Below are positions 40,191-49,525 of a DNA stretch of 64,000 bases, one piece after another. The position numbers were made by a program, and so were the translations under genes. The notes beneath the pieces are model-generated. The model saw only the letters and a list, made by a program, of their open reading frames with translations, was not told where the DNA came from and did no database searches. The stretch comes from Bdellovibrionales bacterium (GTDB lineage: Bacteria > Bdellovibrionota > Bdellovibrionia > Bdellovibrionales > CAYMLA01), in contig OZ244239.1 in assembly GCA_965217115.1 (NCBI GenBank), forward strand, positions 960,001-1,024,000, given 5' to 3'. Positions within the stretch are counted from its first letter, which is position 1. Each line of letters opens with the position of its first letter.

Positions 40191-41216
40191 TTGCATAATA
40201 TTTTTGGTTTACAAGAATTCAATGAGAAAAATTCAAAAATAATTCTTCTGCCTGTCCCGTGGGAAGTCACCACGTCTTATGGGTCTGGAGCCAGTCTTGG
40301 TCCAAAAGCGATATTAAAAGCAAGCTCACAGATCGATCTCTGTGATTCACAATTTGGCGAAGCCTATCATCAGGGTATTTACATGCGTCCTATTCCAGAA
40401 GATTTAAAAAAGCATAGTGATGAATACAAAACTTTTGTTCAATCTATTCTTAAAGAAACTGAACATCAAAGTATCGACAATAATCTAATTGATTCAAAAC
40501 CAAGCAAGCAAGCCGAAAAATTGCAAGAGGCTGTTAATAGCGCTTGTCTACAGGTCAATGAACAGGTCTATCAGCAATGTTTACAACTTCTTCAACAGGA
40601 TAAAATCGTCGGTGTGATTGGAGGAGACCACTCCACTCCCCATGGCTTTATCAGGGCCATCCACGAACATTATAAAGGAGAGTTTGGTATTTTACATATA
40701 GATGCACATGCTGATTTACGTAAATCCTACCAGGGTTTTACCTGTTCACATGCATCTATTATGCGAAATGTGATGGATAGTTCCTATGCTCCTAAAAAAC
40801 TCGTACAAGTTGCCATTCGTGATTTTTGCCAAGAAGAGAAAGACTTTATCTCAAAGCATCCTTTGATTCACACCTTCTTTGATTACGATCTCAAGAAGAA
40901 GCTTTTCAATAACCAGTCTTGGAAGAGCCTCTGTGATGACATTGTCTCTGTCTTACCTGAGAATGTTTATATTTCACTCGATATCGATGGGCTCTCTCCT
41001 GATCTTTGTCCCAATACAGGAACACCTGTCCCTGGTGGACTTAATTTTGAACAAACCGTTTATCTTATTTCAAGCTTACATAAACATAAAAAACGCATTA
41101 TCGGTTTTGACCTCGTGGAGGTCGCTCCCGCCCAAGATCAACAAAATGAATGGGATGGCAACGTCGGTGCACGGGTTCTCTATCAACTTTGTGGTTGGAC
41201 CCTTAAAACACACTAA
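40191..41216 (+). CDS. speB: Agmatinase family ureohydrolase
   Basis: GGDHS, HIDAHADLR, SLDIDGL, TGTPVPGG; downstream of speA. Confidence 0.88.
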   Translation: MHNIFGLQEFNEKNSKIILLPVPWEVTTSYGSGASLGPKAILKASSQIDLCDSQFGEAYHQGIYMRPIPEDLKKHSDEYKTFVQSILKETEHQSIDNNLIDSKPSKQAEKLQEAVNSACLQVNEQVYQQCLQLLQQDKIVGVIGGDHSTPHGFIRAIHEHYKGEFGILHIDAHADLRKSYQGFTCSHASIMRNVMDSSYAPKKLVQVAIRDFCQEEKDFISKHPLIHTFFDYDLKKKLFNNQSWKSLCDDIVSVLPENVYISLDIDGLSPDLCPNTGTPVPGGLNFEQTVYLISSLHKHKKRIIGFDLVEVAPAQDQQNEWDGNVGARVLYQLCGWTLKTH

Positions 41217-41281
41217 ATAGTTACAGTTTTGATAGATGTTACTCACCTTGCAATTTATTGGAAATTGATAAAACATATCCT

Positions 41282-42132
41282 ATGCTCTCATTCTACTTAA
41301 GAACAATAGCTCTTCTAACTATCACAGGTTCCTTTTTAAGAATTCTCTTTTGGTGGATTCACAAACCACTCTTTGCTCACCTCACCTTCACAGATTTAAT
41401 TCAGTCATTGTTTTTCGGGCTTCGCTTTGATCTATCAATAGCTGCTATTCTGATAACTATTCCAATATTCATTGTCTGGCTGTTACTACGACTTAATTAT
41501 CCTTTTAAAATGAATCTACTTATTATTCCTTCCACGCTCATCATAGTAAATATATGCTTCAACAAACTCAATACAATATCGTTATGATTTTCCTAGAGAG
41601 TTGGTCATCTTATTTTATGTATCGAGGAAATGAACAGTTTACCCCATTTTTTGACTCGATCAAAAAAAAATCGCTCACTACCCTTGAAATGTTAGCCAAT
41701 GGAAGTCGAACGACAGAAGGGCTTTTTGCAACCCTTTGTTCTGCACAGAACCCCCTAGGACAAACTATTGTGAATAGTTTTTTACAAAGAGACGTTGCGC
41801 CGACGATGCTCGATCTACTTAATTTACCAATTCCATTATGGTTTTCAGGAAGATCACTCCTTCGTCCCTCACTCAGAGGAGTTGATTATTACCAAAATGG
41901 TCTTTTAGGGTGGACTGTGCAAGATCGAAGGGTAGAAGTGAACATAAAAAATCGTTCATTGAGCAAATGCTATAAAAGACAAGGGCGGAAATGGATTATC
42001 ACCCCATGTAACAAGTCCTATCAAGAACTGGCCAACCAGAGGCTGGCCTTTACACTATACAGTCAGGAACTTCTCTTCTCTAACAAGGTCAAAGAGTTTG
42101 GAATATTTGATCCCAAACTCCCAGGTCTTTAG
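41282..42132 (+). pseudogene. LTA synthase/sulfatase family gene remnant (split, internally deleted)
   Basis: Fragment 1: TM region with GLRFDLS; fragment 2 in another frame: NIVMIFLESW...ANGSRTTEG joined directly to QRDVAPTMLDLL. Confidence 0.7.
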
Positions 42133-42154
42133 AACTATTTTAAAAATATGAAAT

Positions 42155-42523
42155 TTAACGAGCGTAACGCTTGTCCATATTTTCGCGAATCTCAGCACCT
42201 TCAATACTCAAACGTGTCCAAGGAATGGCTATAAGACGATCCTCTTCAATAAGCTCTTCTGTCTCTTCACAAAGCCCATAAACACCACGCTCAATACGAC
42301 CCAAAGCATTTTCGATCTCAACTAACTGACCACGTAACCTATCATGTAAATTTAAAGTCTCGCTCTCAGCTAAGAGGCGCAATGTTTGATCTGCCTCATC
42401 TCCACCCTTCTCATCAAATTGAAGGTCTTCTCTCACACTCTTTACTCGGTTTAAAATATCTGCCTTTTCGTTGAGTAATTTAGATTTACATTTTTCAAGT
42501 AGCTCACTGTTGATGAAATTCAT
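42155..42523 (-). CDS. dksA: DksA/TraR family transcription factor
   Basis: Coiled coil with DEAD tip, ALGRIERGVYGLCEET...RLIAIPW. Confidence 0.85.
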   Translation of the reverse strand: MNFINSELLEKCKSKLLNEKADILNRVKSVREDLQFDEKGGDEADQTLRLLAESETLNLHDRLRGQLVEIENALGRIERGVYGLCEETEELIEEDRLIAIPWTRLSIEGAEIRENMDKRYAR

Positions 42524-42987
42524 AAAGTCCCCCATGTTGCTTTCTCAGTTACTCTTGGCTTCCCCTGTTCAACTGTTTTGAGCTGTTTAGCCCTATCAGC
42601 CGCCCCATCCTTAGGTGCCAATTTGGAACTGCTATATCTCACACGATACCCCTTAGATTGGCAAGAAAAATTTCTTAAATGCTCTTAAATTGTTTAAATA
42701 CCTGATTAGACTAAGTAATATACAAGCTATTTGGAATAAATGAAATAAAAAAAAGGATTCTGACTCATTTTGAGATAAAATCTTACAAAGTTTCAGACAG
42801 AAAGTTGACTAAGTCTCTTCAATGACAAGGGTTTTTAAGGAGATTATGACATTGAACGACTCCTTAACAAAGATTTTCTCATTTTTCCGTGTGATTTCTC
42901 GATTGGTTTTTCCGTCAACTCTTGACGGGGTTATTGCCAAACAGACAGACTTAAAGTCTAAGAAGTTTATGTCAGAGCAACAGTGGA

Positions 42988-43941
42988 GTGATTTTGACAA
43001 TTAATATTTTCATTCTTCTCATTGGCTTTGCTCTACTTATCTTTGGTGGTGGCTGGCTTGTTAAGGCCGCTGTCAGTCTCTCTCTACGACTCAAAGTAAA
43101 ACCCGCAGTTATAGCTCTAACGATCATCGCCTTTGGCACCTCCGCTCCCGAACTAATCACGAGCTCCCTTGCTAGCTGGCAAGGGGCCCCCGATGCAGCT
43201 CTTGGCAATGTTATCGGGTCTAATATTTTTAATGCTTTTGCTGTCCTAGGATTTAGTTGTCTGATTCTTTCAAACACAATGGAAAAACACACCCGTCGTG
43301 TGGAGCTTCCATTCCTTTTATTTATTTCTATAGTCACTGTTCTTCTTGGTTTCGATAGCACCTACAGTAGACCAGAAGGTTTTTTACTCATCTTTCTACT
43401 CGTTTTTTTCTGGACTTACTCTATCCGCAGAGCAAGAAAGCAAGGGCTTTCATCGGAGAAGCCCTCTGAAAAACAAGAAGAAATCATCTCCCTAGGCAGC
43501 TTGCAAAAGGAACTCCTCTTCCTACTCATCGGGTTCACAGCTCTTGCCTACGGCGCTCACCTCGCTCTTAGCTCTGCATTGGAAATAGGGACAAGCCTCG
43601 GTATTTCAGAGAGAATCCTCGGCATCACTGTCCTCTCCGTAGGAACAGGACTCCCCGAACTTATCACCTCTGTTATCGCCGCTAAAAAAGGACATTCAGA
43701 TATTGCTATCGGTAACGTCATTGGCTCAAACATCCTCAATCTATTAGGAGTCTTAGGCACAACCGTTGCCATATCACCCATGTCTGCCTCTAAAGATATT
43801 ATACATTCTGATGCTTACTGGATGATAGGCTCCACTCTTCTAATACTCGCTCTTATACACGGGAATTCCATATCTCGCAAAGGAGGGGGGCTCCTGTCCC
43901 TCAGTTACATTTTCTATATCGCTTACACTCTCTTTACTTAG
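42988..43941 (+). CDS. Calcium/sodium antiporter (YrbG-like)
   Basis: Two repeats GTSAPEL/GTGLPEL and GNVIGSNI. Confidence 0.92.
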   Translation: MILTINIFILLIGFALLIFGGGWLVKAAVSLSLRLKVKPAVIALTIIAFGTSAPELITSSLASWQGAPDAALGNVIGSNIFNAFAVLGFSCLILSNTMEKHTRRVELPFLLFISIVTVLLGFDSTYSRPEGFLLIFLLVFFWTYSIRRARKQGLSSEKPSEKQEEIISLGSLQKELLFLLIGFTALAYGAHLALSSALEIGTSLGISERILGITVLSVGTGLPELITSVIAAKKGHSDIAIGNVIGSNILNLLGVLGTTVAISPMSASKDIIHSDAYWMIGSTLLILALIHGNSISRKGGGLLSLSYIFYIAYTLFT

Positions 43942-44425
43942 AATTTTCATGTCTTTTATCGCAAGGGATGACTTCCACATCAATCACTTCAGCATCACGA
44001 ATATCATTATGACGGTCAAAATGATCCATGTTTGTATGAACATGCATTTGACCCATTTTAATCTTGTTTTTCATCCATCGCTGCAAAACAAGACCCAGTA
44101 AATAACGGGAACCAGGAATCACCATAGACAAGCCCAAAATATCAGTCACAAAGCCTGGAGTTAAGAGTAACAACCCTCCCGCAAAAATCAAAAATCCTTC
44201 AAATACTATTTGTGTTGGCATAGCCCCATGGGCAAGCTCTCTCTGTACTTGATTTAACACAGCCAGACCTTGTGACCTCGCCAAAGAAGCTCCAACAACC
44301 CCTGTCACCAGTACAATCCAAAGGGTTGTCCAGCCCCCAATTTGATTTCCCACCTCAAAAAGCAATGAGATCTCAACAACAGGCACGACAGTAAAAGCGA
44401 GTAATAAAATAAAGAACATAAGCAC
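43934..44425 (-). CDS. fxsA: FxsA family membrane protein
   Basis: PVVEISLL, GASLARSQG, GGLLLLTPGFVTDILG. Confidence 0.9.
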   Translation of the reverse strand: MLMFFILLLAFTVVPVVEISLLFEVGNQIGGWTTLWIVLVTGVVGASLARSQGLAVLNQVQRELAHGAMPTQIVFEGFLIFAGGLLLLTPGFVTDILGLSMVIPGSRYLLGLVLQRWMKNKIKMGQMHVHTNMDHFDRHNDIRDAEVIDVEVIPCDKRHENSK

Positions 44426-44499
44426 TCTTTTATCATAAAAGAAATTGAATACAAAACCATTTTATGACACTAATCTCTATTAAAAGCAGGAGGTAAAAA

Positions 44500-45021
44500 A
44501 TGCACCTTATCAACCAACCAGCCCCCCAATTCTCAGCACAAGCCGTGGAGGATGGAGGACACTTTCGTGACATTACCCTTTCCGACTACAAGGGTAAGTG
44601 GGTGGTTTTATTCTTTTACCCTCTAGATTTTACTTTTGTTTGCCCCACCGAAATCACTCAATTTTCACAGAACATCGAAGAGTTTAAAAAACTAGATGCT
44701 GAGGTCATCGGTTGTAGTGTGGATTCTATCCATTCCCATAAACGCTGGCTTCAACAAGACCTCAACGATCTCGGATATCCTCTAATGAGTGATATCACAA
44801 AGCGTATTTCTAAAGACTATGGTGTACTCATCGAACAAGAAGGAATCTCAACTAGAGCCACCTTTATCATAAGCCCTGAACAATCTCTACAATACATTGC
44901 CGTCCACAGCCTCAATGTTGGTCGAGAAGCCAGTGAAATTCTACGTGTTCTCCATGCACTTCAATCAGGAGAACTCTGCCAAGCTGGTTGGAAACCTGGT
45001 GATAAACACATCCATCCCTGA
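44500..45021 (+). CDS. ahpC: 2-Cys peroxiredoxin (AhpC/Prx1)
   Basis: FYPLDFTFVCPTEI, resolving LCQAGW; GGAGG RBS. Confidence 0.93.
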   Translation: MHLINQPAPQFSAQAVEDGGHFRDITLSDYKGKWVVLFFYPLDFTFVCPTEITQFSQNIEEFKKLDAEVIGCSVDSIHSHKRWLQQDLNDLGYPLMSDITKRISKDYGVLIEQEGISTRATFIISPEQSLQYIAVHSLNVGREASEILRVLHALQSGELCQAGWKPGDKHIHP

Positions 45022-45025
45022 AAAA

Positions 45026-46192
45026 ATGAACCTCCTTCACTCTATTCACAAAACTCTCATTGAAGAATATGGTCCTGACATTTCACAAGAAGTTCAATTT
45101 TCCGATTTACTCTTCTCCACAAAAATCATAGAACTTCCTAAAAGAGTTCTCTCTCAAGCACAAACCATAGCAAAAGAACTTAATTTATTAAAAAGAGATT
45201 CTATCTATTTAGATCATATCAAAAAAACTTTCCCTTCATTACAAAATGCTGTTCTCTGTAGTCTCGATTTTCATTTAGATCACGAATCAAATTTAAAATT
45301 AATTGAAGTCAACACTAATGCCTCGTCTTATTTGCTTTGCGATCTCCTCTATAAATCTCAGAAAATACCAGCCCTCACTTCCTGTCCACAAGAAGAAATC
45401 ATTAACGACTTCTTAACTGATCTTCATCTGTTCCAAAAAGAGAACGACTTCCTACTATCTCCACCTAAAAAAATCGCTATTATAGACGAAAATCCTTGCG
45501 AACAAAAAATGCACAAAGAGTTTCTTCTCTTTAAAGAACTCTTTAAGAAATATCGCTGGGCCAGTGAGATATATGATTTTACTGATTTATCTTACAGCCA
45601 AGAAAACAACACTCTTACTGACCCCCATGGGGAAAGTATCGATTTTGTTTATAATCGCCTTTGTGATTTCTATCTCTCGTCACCCGCTTCACAACAGCTC
45701 AAAAATGCCTATGATAACAGAGCCGCTTGCTTCTCTCCAAATCCACAAGAGTATCAATTGCTTGCGGATAAAAATCGTCTATTTGATCTGACAAAAACTT
45801 CTCTTTGGGAGAAACTTCCCGAAAAATCTTTTCCTGAATTACGAAAAAGTATTCTAAAAACCCATGTTTTAACCGAAGAAAATTCAGATGACCTTTGGCG
45901 TAACAGAAAAAAACTTTTCTTTAAACCAAGCCAATCCTATGGAGGAAAACAAACCTACAGGGGATCTGGAATCTCATTAAAAAAATTCAAAGAAATCACT
46001 CCTCACCACTTTGTAGCCCAAGAGTTTGTTCCAGCACCGGTATTTGATATCCAAAATGAAAAATTTAAATTTGACCTACGCTTTTTTATTTATGCTGATA
46101 AAATAAATATGGCTATCGCCAGAGTCTACCAAGGGCAAACTACGAATATTAGAACGCCAGGTGGTGGCTTTGCCTGTATTGGTTTTTCGTAA
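45026..46192 (+). CDS. ATP-grasp peptide ligase-like protein (circularly permuted type)
   Basis: DFHL...LKLIEVNTNA, DFVYNR, FFKP..SYGGK, VAQEFV, KFDLR, GQTTNIRTPGGGF; start ATG 4 nt after ahpC stop. Confidence 0.7.
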   Translation: MNLLHSIHKTLIEEYGPDISQEVQFSDLLFSTKIIELPKRVLSQAQTIAKELNLLKRDSIYLDHIKKTFPSLQNAVLCSLDFHLDHESNLKLIEVNTNASSYLLCDLLYKSQKIPALTSCPQEEIINDFLTDLHLFQKENDFLLSPPKKIAIIDENPCEQKMHKEFLLFKELFKKYRWASEIYDFTDLSYSQENNTLTDPHGESIDFVYNRLCDFYLSSPASQQLKNAYDNRAACFSPNPQEYQLLADKNRLFDLTKTSLWEKLPEKSFPELRKSILKTHVLTEENSDDLWRNRKKLFFKPSQSYGGKQTYRGSGISLKKFKEITPHHFVAQEFVPAPVFDIQNEKFKFDLRFFIYADKINMAIARVYQGQTTNIRTPGGGFACIGFS

Positions 46193-46849
46193 CTATTTAG
46201 AAGTGTAAAGACCGTAGAAAGATCGTATCGAATCAAAGTCGACAAAAAGAATTTGCTCTACACCCTCTTTAGCATTACTTTTCTTCACAAAAATCTCATA
46301 TCTTTGGGTATCTTCATTGTAATAAAACTCATGTTCACCTGATATATTCATTAGAGTTTCAGACAAATGCTTTTCCGATAACAATTTCACCACATGATAA
46401 CGAGCCGTGACCTCTTTCTCACTTAAATTCAGTTGAAACTTCCACAAACTATTCTGCGTTGATCTTGGCTTGGAAAAATCTAGTAACAAAGGCACTCTTA
46501 ACGAAGGACTCATCTCATGAAAACGAATCTGCTGTTTACCACAAGAAACCAATTCCCTTGATCCATTGTCTCTCTTCGAAAGATCTTGGATTGATATATA
46601 GCTCTCCCCTTCTACTTTAACCTCATAACTAACAGAACGAGCCATCAACAAGATTTTAGGTATTTTGTCAATCTGCAGAAGACGACGCTTTTGGTTTCGA
46701 TTCAAAACACCATTGGCACATAGCTCTACCGATCTACGCTCTATTTTCTGATCTTGATTTTTCCCAGCTGCTGATGCAGCAAAAGACATTGAACTGATCA
46801 GTAATGAAACAAATACACCTAGAACGACCTTCTCTCTGTTTTTTTTCAT
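46193..46849 (-). CDS. Hypothetical secreted protein
   Basis: Signal peptide ending SFA-A; two Cys; sigma-54 site upstream. Confidence 0.7.
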   Translation of the reverse strand: MKKNREKVVLGVFVSLLISSMSFAASAAGKNQDQKIERRSVELCANGVLNRNQKRRLLQIDKIPKILLMARSVSYEVKVEGESYISIQDLSKRDNGSRELVSCGKQQIRFHEMSPSLRVPLLLDFSKPRSTQNSLWKFQLNLSEKEVTARYHVVKLLSEKHLSETLMNISGEHEFYYNEDTQRYEIFVKKSNAKEGVEQILFVDFDSIRSFYGLYTSK

Positions 46850-46901
46850 GATCTCTACTCCATCAAAATAATTATTAAATAACTCACTATGAAGTAGAGT
46901 G

Positions 46902-46919
46902 AAGCAAAACCAATGCCGA
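46902..46919 (-). promoter_or_regulatory. Sigma-54 -24/-12 promoter
   Basis: Minus strand TCGGCATTGGTTTTGCTT, GG-N10-GC. Confidence 0.6.
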
Positions 46920-46950
46920 CTGTTCCTCCTCTAAATTAGAGGAAGAACAG
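46920..46950. repeat. Near-perfect inverted repeat
   Basis: CTGTTCCTCCTCTAA-A-TTAGAGGAAGAACAG, 15-bp arms with one mismatch. Confidence 0.8.
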
Positions 46951-47149
46951 CCCAAGTGGGGAAAACAGCTCTTTTTTGTCATCATTTGCTTATATAAGGA
47001 GACATTGAACAGAGAAAGTCTCCTGACTTAAGACCAGAATTAAACCTATTTTATATAACCTTCATACAGTTTTAGCTCTTTCTCACTATTCCCAGAAGCC
47101 TTTTCTAGCCGATAATGTAAATGGCATCATTGAAGAAGCAAGGGGTTTT

Positions 47150-48985
47150 ATGACACAGGTCAAAAAGCTTTTAAAAAATAAGTCCTTACACCAAGACTAC
47201 AAGAGATTTGAACTCTTAGATGGCTATCACCCTTGGCAAGATCATGTTCCCGATGGGTACGTTCCCTACAAAGTTTTCCGCCTGGATCACGGAAAAATAA
47301 GTTATTTCAATTTTTCCCTCGCCAAAGAAATGGGTCTTATTGACAAAAAACATCCCCATCAACTCAACAAGACCTTAAAAGAAAAGGTACTGGATACCTT
47401 CTCTATACAGATTATCAACGAGTACGATCTTATCCACGCCACCCCAATTCCCCCCGAAAAAATAAAACCTCGCCCCTACATGGCATCTCGTTATCTGCAA
47501 ATGCAACACTCCAATAAACGAGGGGAAACCTCGGGAGACGGACGTGGTATATGGAATGGGACCCTTACTTACAAAGGGATAACATGGGATATTAATAGCC
47601 GAGGAACAGGTGTTACAAAATTAGCTCCTGGGTCTGTTATTTCAGAACAGCCATTGCAAACTGGTTCCGATAAAGTTGGCTACGGCTGTGGGCTTGTTGA
47701 AATTGATGAACTCTACAGCTCTGCTATAATGTCTGAAACTCTCCACCGTCAAGGCTACAAAACAGAACGAGTTCTGGCTATCATAGATCTCGGCGACGGG
47801 ATTGGCATTGGCGTTCGAGCTGCACCAAATCTCTTTCGCCCTGCCCATATTTTTACCTATTTAAAGCAGAACAGACTCTCTTCATTAAAAAAATCTGTCG
47901 ACTATCTCATTAAAAGACAAACAGAAAACAATGAATGGTCCTTTAGAAAAAATGCTCCCTATAAATATCAAGATCTCCTAAAACAAATTTGCCTAGACTT
48001 TTCTAAATTTTCCGCTTGGTTAGAAGCCGACTATATATTCACTTGGCTCGATTGGGACGGAGACAACGTTCTCATCAATGCTGGTATTATTGACTACGGA
48101 AGTATTCGTCAACTAGGGCTGCGCCATGATCAATATCGTTATGACGATGTCGAACGTTGGTCGACAAATTTAAACGAACAAAAAAATAAAACTCGACAAA
48201 TAGTTCAAGTTTTTGCTCAGCTCGTCGATTTCCTAGAAACAGGAAAGAAAAAAAGGCTCAAAGAATTCTCTAGCCACCCTATCTTGGCAGAATTTGATAA
48301 CAGTTTTTCTGAATTTCTTATTGATCGAACCCTTTATCGCATGGGATTCACAGAGGCTCAACGCAAATATCTTATTCAGAAACAAAGTCGTCTTTTGAGT
48401 GACTTCCTCAAAGATTATCATTATTTAGAAACATGCAAAATTCATAGACTCGCCACCAAAGTCGAAGATGGTATCAATCGTCCGCCATTATTTAATATTT
48501 CTAAAATATTAAAGCAACTTCCTCAAATATCTACTTCAAAAAATATCCATCTAGAAAAAAATTTTCAGCTTTGGCTCAGCACATTTGCCAAAGGGAAAGA
48601 TAAGAATATTTCAAGATCTATCAAGAAACATCTATCTTCATTCATAAAAAGATATCAAGAACTTCTCTCTTATATTAAAGAGGATCTCACCCAATCACCC
48701 TCTTCCATAAGAAAAACCCTAGAAAGCCGCCTTGAACAAATTCACTGTGATACACGGCTTACTGGCAATGCCCTTGTTCACATTGTCTGGGAACTTCTAG
48801 ATAAGCGTGGTGAGTTCTCAGATAAGGATATTCAAAAAATTATGGAACAAATTATCCTCGAGCAATCAAGGACTCCCGAGTCTCGTAAATCCCGTCTAAC
48901 ACTCGTCCCTCAATTAACACCAAAGAAAGAGTCCTTTCTAGAAACCCTTTCTCAATTAGCCTTAGACCATAACGAAGAAATATAA
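47150..48985 (+). CDS. Divergent SelO/YdiU-like protein adenylyltransferase (pseudokinase fold)
   Basis: GDGRG, SRGTGVT, SETLH..G..TERVLA, DGDN.....IIDYG in the same order as SelO motifs. Confidence 0.65.
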   Translation: MTQVKKLLKNKSLHQDYKRFELLDGYHPWQDHVPDGYVPYKVFRLDHGKISYFNFSLAKEMGLIDKKHPHQLNKTLKEKVLDTFSIQIINEYDLIHATPIPPEKIKPRPYMASRYLQMQHSNKRGETSGDGRGIWNGTLTYKGITWDINSRGTGVTKLAPGSVISEQPLQTGSDKVGYGCGLVEIDELYSSAIMSETLHRQGYKTERVLAIIDLGDGIGIGVRAAPNLFRPAHIFTYLKQNRLSSLKKSVDYLIKRQTENNEWSFRKNAPYKYQDLLKQICLDFSKFSAWLEADYIFTWLDWDGDNVLINAGIIDYGSIRQLGLRHDQYRYDDVERWSTNLNEQKNKTRQIVQVFAQLVDFLETGKKKRLKEFSSHPILAEFDNSFSEFLIDRTLYRMGFTEAQRKYLIQKQSRLLSDFLKDYHYLETCKIHRLATKVEDGINRPPLFNISKILKQLPQISTSKNIHLEKNFQLWLSTFAKGKDKNISRSIKKHLSSFIKRYQELLSYIKEDLTQSPSSIRKTLESRLEQIHCDTRLTGNALVHIVWELLDKRGEFSDKDIQKIMEQIILEQSRTPESRKSRLTLVPQLTPKKESFLETLSQLALDHNEEI

Positions 48986-49173
48986 GCTTTTTGCGAAAAG
49001 TTAAGCTAAAAAAAATCTCCAAAAAAAGTCGAGGGGGTACCGCCAATTCGTGAATTTGTAAATTTTTCTAAATTAGATAATCTCATTGATTAATTTGCAT
49101 GGAAGGCTTACAGTGCGCAAAGTTCACAATAAAACCATTACTCAGGTGAGTAATATAACATTTGGAGAAAAAA

Positions 49174-49512
49174 ATGAAAAAAATTATTATAGGATTAACT
49201 TTACTAGCATCAATGTCTTCATTCGCCGCTAACACTTTAGCTGAAATGACAATGGCTGAAAGAATTCAAGATTTGACAAGCATTTCAGAAAAAACGACTG
49301 CTCATATTGAAACGCTTGAGCAACTTTCTGAAGGTACTATCAATGTAGTTGGTAGAGGCCCAGTGTGCTTTAACCTAGGATCAGCTTTTACTAGCCTTAG
49401 AGTTCTTAGAACAATGACAGCAGGACTAGAAGATAGAAAATCTGAAATTGATGATCTCGCCAGAAGAGCCTACAGTTTAAAGAATAAATACTGTGGTCAC
49501 ATCACTAAATAA
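49174..49512 (+). CDS. Small secreted helical protein
   Basis: MKKIIIGLTLLASMSSFA signal peptide, GGAG RBS, two Cys. Confidence 0.75.
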   Translation: MKKIIIGLTLLASMSSFAANTLAEMTMAERIQDLTSISEKTTAHIETLEQLSEGTINVVGRGPVCFNLGSAFTSLRVLRTMTAGLEDRKSEIDDLARRAYSLKNKYCGHITK

Positions 49513-49525
49513 TTAGGAGTTTTTC

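Noticed and set aside
42809..43004. Two opposing ORFs of about 60 aa between dksA and the antiporter
   Set aside because: No motifs and weak support; likely promoter DNA
44897..45025. Long overlap of the ATP-grasp ORF with ahpC
   Set aside because: Artefact of longest-ORF calling; ATG at 45026 is the plausible start
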